Source: a virus
Taxonomy: Duplodnaviria > Caudoviricetes
DNA length: 53,747 nt
Virus record (IMG/VR): IMGVR_UViG_3300028392_000082
Location: 1-53,747 of that record
Strand: one strand, 5' to 3'
The number at the start of each line of letters is the position of its first letter. The stretch's first letter is position 1. This document shows positions 46,302 to 53,747 of the stretch, piece by piece. The notes beneath the pieces were generated by a model. That model made no database searches and was not told where the DNA came from. It saw nothing but the letters and a program-made list of their open reading frames with translations. A program made the translations under genes and the position numbers.

Positions 46302-46787
46302 CTAGAAGTTCAAGATAGCGTAGTCCATACCAAGACTTAAAGTCAATTCGGTAGGATCTGAAGTAGACCAGTCGTAAGTTCCGAAGTTTGCTTCTTTGAT
46401 GAAAGCGCCCTTACAGATCCACTCAGATACGATATCACCAACTGGACCCAAGATTGATAAATTGATATCTTTCTTGTAAAAGTCAGAGTAACCGTTTCTA
46501 CCGGTAACTGATTCATGGTGTAAACGTACCCATTCCATAATAGCTTCTTGGCCTGATGGACTGATTGGGTTGTACAATGACAAACTGATATCTTTCCATT
46601 CAGCTTTACCTTTGATCTTACGGTAAACGTTGATATGGTCGATTTTGATCTCATTTAAAGTGATACCTGGAGCATCAGCTTTTTTGATCATATATGAAGG
46701 GATGCCATCAATGTACATTACGAAGCGATTTGATACTGTTGGTTCAAACGCTGTAAACATGATTTCATTTGGGTCCAATACTGGCAT
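46302..46787 (-). CDS. Tail tube protein (T4 gp19-like)
   Basis: EP...NRF, GKAEW, MEW, YKKDI, EWICKGAF. Confidence 0.9.
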   Translation of the reverse strand: MPVLDPNEIMFTAFEPTVSNRFVMYIDGIPSYMIKKADAPGITLNEIKIDHINVYRKIKGKAEWKDISLSLYNPISPSGQEAIMEWVRLHHESVTGRNGYSDFYKKDINLSILGPVGDIVSEWICKGAFIKEANFGTYDWSTSDPTELTLSLGMDYAILNF

Positions 46788-46830
46788 GGTCTATTGATTT
46801 AGTTATTTCTTTTATAAATATCGTTATAAC

Positions 46831-47262
46831 TTATTTTTTCTTTTCTGCAACTTTCTTCTTAGCTTCTGCTTCTTTCTTTTTCTTGTCTTCAGCTTTCTTT
46901 TTATCGTCAGCTTCTTTTTTCTTTTTATCAGCAGCTATTTTTTTAGCGTCTTCTTTCTTAGCTTCGTTCATAGACTCTGCGCCTTTTCTAGCCCATTTTG
47001 TTTGTAAAAATTGCGAAATTTGACCAAGGTTTACTGTAGTTTTTTTAAGCAAGTCTCTTTGTTGGGGATCCTTTTCTACGTTTATTTCTTGCATTATCAT
47101 TTTAAGCGCTCTGTTAACAGCTTCGATTGTTTCTGCATCCAGTCCTCTTGTGCTGCCCTCTTTTACAGGAGTTTCAGTTTCTTCTTTGATCATTAACTTA
47201 GCCTTTACACTCTCGTATAAATGTGCTGGTACTTTAATTCTAATGATTGTATTATCGTTCAT
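46831..47262 (-). CDS. Hypothetical protein with Lys/Glu-rich tail
   Basis: KKKEA repeats; lies between sheath and tube genes. Confidence 0.7.
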   Translation of the reverse strand: MNDNTIIRIKVPAHLYESVKAKLMIKEETETPVKEGSTRGLDAETIEAVNRALKMIMQEINVEKDPQQRDLLKKTTVNLGQISQFLQTKWARKGAESMNEAKKEDAKKIAADKKKKEADDKKKAEDKKKKEAEAKKKVAEKKK

Positions 47263-47280
47263 TTTCTATTTTATTTGATA

Positions 47281-49050
47281 TTATTGGCCAAATGTTGCTC
47301 CTGTAGGTAAAACGTTGAAGTCTAATTGAATAAACTCTGCAGTTTTAGTTGGTTGTAAGTAGATAGATCCAACTAATTGGTTTCTATCGATTACATCAGG
47401 AGTATTATTACTATCGTCCATTACTACTTGGAATGCGTACAAACCTTGTCTTTGTTGAACTGACTCTAAATAAGGGTTAACTTGACTTAAGAATCTGTTA
47501 CGAGTAACTTGTGTGTTAGGCTCGAATACAATAGTTTGTGCAACTTGACCGATGTAGTCTTTAAGAGCGATCAACAATCTTCTAACGTTAACTCTATCTA
47601 ATGCAGATGGTCTGCGTTGTAAAGTCTTTTGACCGTAGATAACTGTACCAACGCCTGGGAAAGTAGCGATTGGGTTGATTGAACCTTGGTAAACTCTATC
47701 TCTATCGTTAGAAGATAATTTACGCTCAGGTTGAAGAGCTGTTGGTAAACCGCCTCTGTTTAAACCGGCTGGTGCGAACCATTCTGCTCCAACTCTATCG
47801 TTGTATTCGTAAGCAGCAGGAACAATTGTAGAAGCTGGGATAAATGCTAATTTACCAGTCTCTCTTGATCTTACTTGAACCCAAGGCCAATAAGCTGCGG
47901 CGTATGAGTTATCGAATCCAGCAGCTTGAGAAAGCAATGTAGGAATAGATTGACCGTAACCAACCATATCAACTACAGCTATAGAGTCACCTCTTGTTTG
48001 TGCTGTGTTAACTAAGCTTGTTACTTGGCTTGTAGCGTTTACTGCTGTTAAGCCTGGTGCATATAATATGTTGAATTTATAAGAGTCTTTATTTCCTAAT
48101 AAATTGATAGCTGTGTTATAATCTGTAGCAAAAACTCCTTGAATATTTGAATTGCTTGTTGCAGTAGTAGAAGGCACGTTAGCAATCGTTTCGAAGAAGT
48201 TAACAGGCTCTTTACCGAATGAACCGAAGATTGCGCCTGTAGCAGCTCCAAAAGAACCGTTATAAGAGCCAGATCCTACGATTGGTAAAGATGCTGTATA
48301 CTGAGATTGTGCTTGACCATAAGTGTTCAAGTAACCTGGAGTTGGAGTGGCTACTGACTTGACTCTGATATACTTGCTCTTGTTTTGGTAAGAACCAGTA
48401 ATTTGTAAGTAGTAGTTACCTAAATCATCAGTTGATACTGTTTGTGTTTGATCACCAATTACATAAGAGACGTAGTTGTTTTGATTCGGATCCAAAGAAA
48501 GATTATTCCATGTTTCAAGAATGCTCTTGCTGTTCTCGTAGTCATCACCTCTTCTAATAATCATGTTGAAAATACCAGAACCAGTGTCGGTAGAGGTAAT
48601 TTCAAATCTTAAGTTAGCAGAAGATCCAGAAACTAAAGCTCCGTTAGATGCGCTAGTTTGGAAAGAGGCTGCGTTGTTATTCATTACAGATCCAACTGAT
48701 AAAGTTTCTAGAACGAATGCTGTAGTACTAGCCGCATTTGTAATAGAAGCAGTGGCTGGTGTGTAAGAACCAGAAGCTACTCTAGTTACTAACAATGAAT
48801 TTCCTCCTTGCTCGAAGTAGTTCAATGCTGCCATACTAGTTAAGTACTCGTAAACTGCACCTCCAGAAACGAAGGGAGCTCCGAATACAGCCTTGTATTG
48901 AGAGTAAGTAGTTACTAAGGTTGGGATGTTCACCGGACCAGTTACTGTTGGTCCGACGATTGCTGCTCCAGCTGTGATAGGACCTTGGGTTATCTGAGAT
49001 AAGTCGTTCTCTTGTAAGAAGACTCCCGGGCTAATTAATGTTTCGGCCAT
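47281..49050 (-). CDS. Contractile tail sheath protein
   Basis: SPGV, WFAPAGLNRG, INPI, GQKTL, RVNVRRL, FEPN, PTKTAEFI. Confidence 0.95.
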   Translation of the reverse strand: MAETLISPGVFLQENDLSQITQGPITAGAAIVGPTVTGPVNIPTLVTTYSQYKAVFGAPFVSGGAVYEYLTSMAALNYFEQGGNSLLVTRVASGSYTPATASITNAASTTAFVLETLSVGSVMNNNAASFQTSASNGALVSGSSANLRFEITSTDTGSGIFNMIIRRGDDYENSKSILETWNNLSLDPNQNNYVSYVIGDQTQTVSTDDLGNYYLQITGSYQNKSKYIRVKSVATPTPGYLNTYGQAQSQYTASLPIVGSGSYNGSFGAATGAIFGSFGKEPVNFFETIANVPSTTATSNSNIQGVFATDYNTAINLLGNKDSYKFNILYAPGLTAVNATSQVTSLVNTAQTRGDSIAVVDMVGYGQSIPTLLSQAAGFDNSYAAAYWPWVQVRSRETGKLAFIPASTIVPAAYEYNDRVGAEWFAPAGLNRGGLPTALQPERKLSSNDRDRVYQGSINPIATFPGVGTVIYGQKTLQRRPSALDRVNVRRLLIALKDYIGQVAQTIVFEPNTQVTRNRFLSQVNPYLESVQQRQGLYAFQVVMDDSNNTPDVIDRNQLVGSIYLQPTKTAEFIQLDFNVLPTGATFGQ

Positions 49051-49101
49051 TTATGTCGTTTTTTTTCTAATAATAAATATCGATATTTGATTCAAAACGC
49101 T

Positions 49102-49341
49102 TTAGCTGATTTCCCCAGTTTCGATGTTTATGGAGACGTTGCCGTATTTTTCTTTGATTTCTTCGAAAATTTCCTTTTCTTTTATCTTGATTCTTTTGAT
49201 CTTTGCTCTTAATTCTTCTTGGTCCAATTCGATTACCATCTTCTGGTATTCTAACTCTCCAAGTAAGGAAGCGACTTCTAAAGCGTCGGTTCTAATGAGA
49301 TTGATCTGTTGTAACTCTTCTGGTGTTAATTGCTTTTCCAT
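49102..49341 (-). CDS. Small coiled-coil phage protein
   Basis: Start taken at MEKQLT; EKYGNVSINIETGEI ending. Confidence 0.7.
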   Translation of the reverse strand: MEKQLTPEELQQINLIRTDALEVASLLGELEYQKMVIELDQEELRAKIKRIKIKEKEIFEEIKEKYGNVSINIETGEIS

Positions 49342-49367
49342 AACTAGATTTGCTATAAATATGTAAG

Positions 49368-49395
49368 AAAAACGGCCCACTTTTTGGGTGAGCCG
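49368..49395 (-). terminator. Intrinsic terminator
   Basis: CGGCTCAC/GTGGGCCG stem plus U5. Confidence 0.75.
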
Positions 49396-49417
49396 ATTGT
49401 CTATTATTCTTTTGTGA

Positions 49418-49879
49418 TTATTCTGGTACTTTTACTAGCTTCAAGAAAGTAACGTAAGCGCCCTCGGTCTCAACGTTCTCGAAATCTTCCAATTGAAACT
49501 CTTTGTGTTCGATTTCTTTTTCTTCGTTTAATAGAGCATTGAACTCGTTTTGAAACTCTACGAACTTGGGGTTAATGTCTCTTGAAACTGTTTGGCCGTC
49601 TTCGTCTGTTACTACGTTAGTATACATTGGAATCGATACGTTGCCTTGATCGTCAGCTTCTCCATGCTTCTTGATTAGGTCCTGCTTGATAGCTTCAACT
49701 GCTTCTTTTTCTGCAACAGCTTTCTTGGCCAAATCTCCGATCCAATACTTTGTTGTTAGCTTTAACTTTTCTGCCAAAAGTCCCTTTGAGGTAACTTCTC
49801 CAGTTTGTTGATTCGTAACACCATTTAGTTCAGCTTCAAGGTTATAAAACTCGTAAAGCTTTAATGATACTTTTTCCAT
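49418..49879 (-). CDS. Hypothetical phage protein
   Basis: 153 aa acidic ORF. Confidence 0.75.
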   Translation of the reverse strand: MEKVSLKLYEFYNLEAELNGVTNQQTGEVTSKGLLAEKLKLTTKYWIGDLAKKAVAEKEAVEAIKQDLIKKHGEADDQGNVSIPMYTNVVTDEDGQTVSRDINPKFVEFQNEFNALLNEEKEIEHKEFQLEDFENVETEGAYVTFLKLVKVPE

Positions 49880-49882
49880 ATA

Positions 49883-50146
49883 TTATTTAGATTTTTTTGC
49901 TGACTTCTTAGGAGCTACTTTAGTGGTAGTCTTCTTAGTTTTCACTTGCTTTGTAGCAGTTTTAGCTTGGGCAACGATTTCGTTTTTAGGAGCTACTGCA
50001 GCGGCTTGTTCTACCACTTCTTTAACTTCTTCAATTGCAGGGGCGATAGCCTCTTCAACTTGATTAACTACTTTAGAGATTTTTGCTTTGTTTAGTAATA
50101 CAGCTATAACTACTGCTATTACTACGATAATAATTCCGAATAACAT
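49883..50146 (-). CDS. Membrane protein with Lys/Ala/Thr-rich tail
   Basis: N-terminal TM segment. Confidence 0.7.
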   Translation of the reverse strand: MLFGIIIVVIAVVIAVLLNKAKISKVVNQVEEAIAPAIEEVKEVVEQAAAVAPKNEIVAQAKTATKQVKTKKTTTKVAPKKSAKKSK

Positions 50147-50210
50147 ATTTTTTAATTTTAGGTTGTTGTATATAAATATATAAGAATTTACGAAAAAATC
50201 TTTGAAGTGA

Positions 50211-52466
50211 TTAGTTAGTTTCTAGGGCTTCTACTCTTGATTTTAGAGAATCGTTTTCTGCTTTTAGTTCTTGGATTGCTTTTACTAAATAAGGAACTAA
50301 ATGTCCTGTATCAATAGTTTTAAAGTCTTCTACAACTTCTTCATTTATTGTTTCTTCACTAGAATGAACATATTTAGGAAATACTGTTTCAAACTCTTGA
50401 GCTATGAATCCTATATTATTGTTCTTTTGAGTATCATTCCAAGATCTATGAGTAGCAAAATCTTGTTTATAATCAAATGTAACAGGATTTAATGCTGCTA
50501 TTTTATCTAAAGCATTTGGTATTGTTACTACATTTTCTTTTACTCTAATATCTGAAGTTGTGTTGAATGTAGTTGAGTTAGAATAGTTGTATACTAAACC
50601 TGATGGACCTATCCATATTGCGTATGTTGATCCATTACAACCATAATAAGCATATGAGCCATACGCATCTATATTTGCAGTACCATTTGTGTTCTCTCCA
50701 ATATTTGCTGCTCCTATTACTGATAGTCTTCCTACACCCGGTACATTACTTGTACCTGTTGCAGGACCTATAGATACTAAACCTGCACTTGTAATACGCA
50801 TTCTTTCTGTAGCTCCATAAGAGTTACCAGTTCCAAACATTAGATCTCCTATAGCCCAGTTTGTATCTCCGCCCGCTCCTTGATAAATTCCAGTAATAAA
50901 AGCGTAAGTTGCGTTGTAAGCTCCACCTGAAGTCATTGAACTAAACGCAATAACTGGAGAATAAGCACCAACAGAAGCTACGTTGTTATATAAAGTTAAT
51001 CCATTGCCAATATTAGCATTGGCGGTATTAGATCCTGCCACTGAAATTCCATCGCTATTATAAGATAAACTAGTCGCATTTATATAAGGTAATATGGCAC
51101 CCGAAATTGCGTTATTAACTACTAATTTAGTTCCAGGACTAGTGTTGCCTATTCCAACATTTCCTCCGCCTGTAATACGCATTCTTTCTGTAGCTGTTAC
51201 ATCTCCACTTGCGCCTGCAGTACCAAAAGTCAATATTGACGTACCATTAGAAGTTGTACCAATACATTTAACATATGTTTGACAAGTACCACTAAAATCA
51301 TTCGCGGTTTCTAATAACAAAGTTGCAGTACCACCTAATGCACCATTTCTAACTCTTAAAGATGGACTACTACTATTTGCTACATCTAAAGCATAGCTAG
51401 GGTTTATTTGGCCAACTCCAACATTTCCAGCAAAATAAGCAACACTACCAGTCTGATAAAAACTACCAGTAAATGTCTGTGTATTGCTTAGTTGACTTCC
51501 AAAAATATTAGAACCACTACTATATTCTATAGAACTAGTAATCGTCTGCACTACCAAGGTCTGCGCAGTGATTGTTCCTGTTGATAGAATAGATGACCCA
51601 GTGATACCTTGAGATACGTTTAAGGAACCAGTAATGTTCACGCTACCTGTCATACTAATATTGGACCCTGATAAGTATAAACTTGGTCCTTGTATACTTA
51701 CAGAAGTCCCAGTATATATACCAATGCTATTTGCGCTTATAGAAGGAGCAAGAACACTTGCATTAGATTCAATAATGCCTCCTACGTACAATGCTCTACT
51801 ACCTCCATCATTGTTACTTCCAATTACCAAGTTACCGGTAGAAATTCTCAAGGCCACTTTTGCAGTTGTTGACCCAGAAAAACGTGGGTTAATGTTTACC
51901 GCTTCTAGTATTTGCGCACTTCCAGTTGCAGTCAAATAAGGGGCAATGTAAACTGCTGTAGTTCTTGAGCTAGAAGCGTAAAAACTACCAGATACTATTA
52001 CCAAAGACATAGATGGATTATTCGAAGCAACAGACCCTGATACTACTCCATCGAATATTGTTGTTCCGTACGAATTTATAGAACCCGAGCTCAAGGTTAT
52101 GCTGCCCGATTGGATAGTTAAATTACCTATAAAGGTAGAACTTCCTGTTACTGTTAGAGATCCCGTAATGCTTTGATCTGCTCTAAAGCTATTGGAACCT
52201 GTAGTGGCGTAATTGGCAACAACATTCAATAAGCTTGCGCTAATCTGCTGTTGAGAGCTAGAGACCTGTAACATGGAAGCTGTAGTAGCGAAGCCTATAG
52301 ATCCTGTGCCCTGCAACAATAAAGAGTCGCTTGCTAAACTAGCGGTGCCCGTCAAACTGCCCGAGGTCATGGTAAGACTGCCTGAGTTTATTGTTATGTT
52401 GCCTATAAACGTTGTGCTTCCGGTTACTGTTAGGGAGCCTGATATTACTGGTTGGTATATGTTCAT
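50211..52466 (-). CDS. Tail fibre with C-terminal intramolecular chaperone (peptidase S74)
   Basis: ITGSL repeats, ATERMRIT repeats, TSDIRVKEN cleavage site, GFIAQE, LVKAIQEL. Confidence 0.9.
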   Translation of the reverse strand: MNIYQPVISGSLTVTGSTTFIGNITINSGSLTMTSGSLTGTASLASDSLLLQGTGSIGFATTASMLQVSSSQQQISASLLNVVANYATTGSNSFRADQSITGSLTVTGSSTFIGNLTIQSGSITLSSGSINSYGTTIFDGVVSGSVASNNPSMSLVIVSGSFYASSSRTTAVYIAPYLTATGSAQILEAVNINPRFSGSTTAKVALRISTGNLVIGSNNDGGSRALYVGGIIESNASVLAPSISANSIGIYTGTSVSIQGPSLYLSGSNISMTGSVNITGSLNVSQGITGSSILSTGTITAQTLVVQTITSSIEYSSGSNIFGSQLSNTQTFTGSFYQTGSVAYFAGNVGVGQINPSYALDVANSSSPSLRVRNGALGGTATLLLETANDFSGTCQTYVKCIGTTSNGTSILTFGTAGASGDVTATERMRITGGGNVGIGNTSPGTKLVVNNAISGAILPYINATSLSYNSDGISVAGSNTANANIGNGLTLYNNVASVGAYSPVIAFSSMTSGGAYNATYAFITGIYQGAGGDTNWAIGDLMFGTGNSYGATERMRITSAGLVSIGPATGTSNVPGVGRLSVIGAANIGENTNGTANIDAYGSYAYYGCNGSTYAIWIGPSGLVYNYSNSTTFNTTSDIRVKENVVTIPNALDKIAALNPVTFDYKQDFATHRSWNDTQKNNNIGFIAQEFETVFPKYVHSSEETINEEVVEDFKTIDTGHLVPYLVKAIQELKAENDSLKSRVEALETN

Positions 52467-52481
52467 CTAGGATAAATATTA

Positions 52482-52652
52482 TTATATTGGGGATACTTTG
52501 TATTGTATGCCTTCTGTGTCTCGACTTTGTAATTCGTCTACTTTGATTTGTGCCTCTTCTGCGGTATCGAATACGTAGTTTGGATTTTCGGGGTTTAGGC
52601 GAATGACAAGGTGAAATTGGCAAGGTATTGTGGCTAGTATTATGTATTTCAT
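52482..52652 (-). CDS. 56-aa hypothetical protein
   Basis: Manual translation MKYIILATIPCQFHLVIRLNPENPNYVFDTAEEAQIKVDELQ...; fits the gap better than the listed 52339-52623 ORF. Confidence 0.6.
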   Translation of the reverse strand: MKYIILATIPCQFHLVIRLNPENPNYVFDTAEEAQIKVDELQSRDTEGIQYKVSPI

Positions 52653-52653
52653 A

Positions 52654-53331
52654 CTATCTTGTTATTGTTATTGGGTAATCCGTATAAGAGTTCGAGCGAA
52701 TTATGTGCCCGTCAATGTAGTCTCCCAAATAGGCAGTTGAGGAAGCGTTTGCGTAGTACCTAATCGCGTCCATTGTTGTTGCGGAGTTTAAAATAAAAGT
52801 AATGTCAAGATAAGAATAGGTTCCCGTACAAGAGCTCACCCCAGTGTAAAAGTTTAACGGCGCGTCGCAAACGTACTGCGGTCTACTTAACGCTGGATAA
52901 AAAGAAACTATACCAACAAAAGGTCGAATTAAGTTGTTAGCAACAGCATCGCTTAAAGAGTAAAGAGTTCCGTTTAGCCTAACTTGAAAAGATTGAAACG
53001 TACGTGTACCTGTAATAGCTCCCCATTGTATTATAACGCTTACCACTCTGTTGCCAGAGATTGTTGGATACGTAGCGTTGAAAGTATATGTGTTTGTTCC
53101 TGATAAAAACTGTTGAGCGGTCGCGGTCACTTTAAGGGTGTGATCAAGATAAACCGGCGGTTGCGATTGACCAATAGGTTGGATATTATTACCGGTAAAC
53201 GTCCAGCTTGGAGCGTTCACTAAAGCATTATTACGATATATTTTACTGTTATACGAGTTTAAAGTCGTATTTAGAGAGCCGTCTCCTAAATACAATGGGC
53301 GCAAAGAGTCTCCGTATACTAGCGTACTCAT
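52654..53331 (-). CDS. Hypothetical beta-rich structural protein
   Basis: Start MSTLV overlaps the upstream TAA. Confidence 0.65.
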   Translation of the reverse strand: MSTLVYGDSLRPLYLGDGSLNTTLNSYNSKIYRNNALVNAPSWTFTGNNIQPIGQSQPPVYLDHTLKVTATAQQFLSGTNTYTFNATYPTISGNRVVSVIIQWGAITGTRTFQSFQVRLNGTLYSLSDAVANNLIRPFVGIVSFYPALSRPQYVCDAPLNFYTGVSSCTGTYSYLDITFILNSATTMDAIRYYANASSTAYLGDYIDGHIIRSNSYTDYPITITR

Positions 53332-53747
53332 TATACTATTCCTCCTAATACGTTCCAAACGTTCGTATCTGTTTTATAGCACTGAATTACTTTGTACTGT
53401 CCAAATGTAGTTCTTGCCGGTGGTAATATTGTAACTCCACTTCCGGTCACTGCTGTTACTGAGCCCGAAGCCGCTTGCTCTATGGTAATAAAACTGCCCG
53501 TTGCCATTGGAACCGAAGTGTTGTCTGGTAACGTTACCGAGCAGGACACGCTACTACTTATGCGAACTATTTTGCCGACGTCTCCCGCTACTAGAGTGTA
53601 ACTACCGGTCTGCGTATTGAATGCCACTATTCCCGTAGTTCCTCCACTACTTCCAGCGTTTAAGGCGTATGAAGCGGTCAAAGCAAAAGACGAGGTTATA
53701 GCGTAAGAAGAGGAAACCGGAGATGCTGACACTCCTCCCATAGAAGC
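53331..53747 (-). CDS. Tail fibre-associated structural protein (5' end may lie beyond the window)
   Basis: SSSYA/TASYA repeats; YTLVAGDVG...WNVLGG domain common in phage fibres. Confidence 0.7.
   Translation of the reverse strand, partial: ASMGGVSASPVSSSYAITSSFALTASYALNAGSSGGTTGIVAFNTQTGSYTLVAGDVGKIVRISSSVSCSVTLPDNTSVPMATGSFITIEQAASGSVTAVTGSGVTILPPARTTFGQYKVIQCYKTDTNVWNVLGGIV

Noticed and set aside
50780-51200. DGR template/variable repeat pair in the tail fibre (duplicated ATERMRIT DNA)
   Set aside because: Short in-frame structural repeat with no adenine-specific divergence; no reverse transcriptase in the window
45150-52480. T4-type late promoters TATAAATA driving plus-strand transcription
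   Set aside because: There are no plus-strand genes; the motif position tracks minus-strand gene starts

Overview
This 53.7 kb window is part of a large myovirus-type (contractile-tail) dsDNA phage genome. It is AT-rich, densely coding and essentially all on the minus strand. The host is most likely Bacteroidota: there are TAnnTTTG-like -7 elements, A-rich leaders without Shine-Dalgarno sites, and Bacteroidota-style lipoproteins. In transcription order (right to left) it carries: (1) a tail module (fibre with an S74-type chaperone, sheath, tube, a gp26-like chaperone with a probable frameshift, tape measure, baseplate, M23 hub); (2) a replication module (a compact second PolA-like protein, SSB, RecA/UvsX, 5'-3' exonuclease, DnaB-like helicase, class II RNR, PolA); (3) Fe-S and chaperone auxiliary genes (IscU, ferredoxin, IscA, Hsp20, GroES, GroEL); (4) a probable cytosine-modification cluster built around a thymidylate-synthase homolog with the dCMP-specifying Asp; (5) GT2, LpxH-like, NucA-like and thioredoxin genes; (6) a secreted/outer-membrane gene block (cohesin-dockerin protein, CsgG-like protein, low-complexity beta-barrel-like protein, lipoproteins); (7) a dense ncRNA array with a long-tag tmRNA, tRNA-Ser, tRNA-Gln, two tRNA-like RNAs with hairpins inserted in the D-loop (one 155 nt with a 76-nt variable arm), a tandem duplicated structured RNA and several structured spacers. 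Two single genes, including hsp20, are bracketed by long-range inverted repeats. All calls come from manual motif recognition and hand folding; no database search was run.
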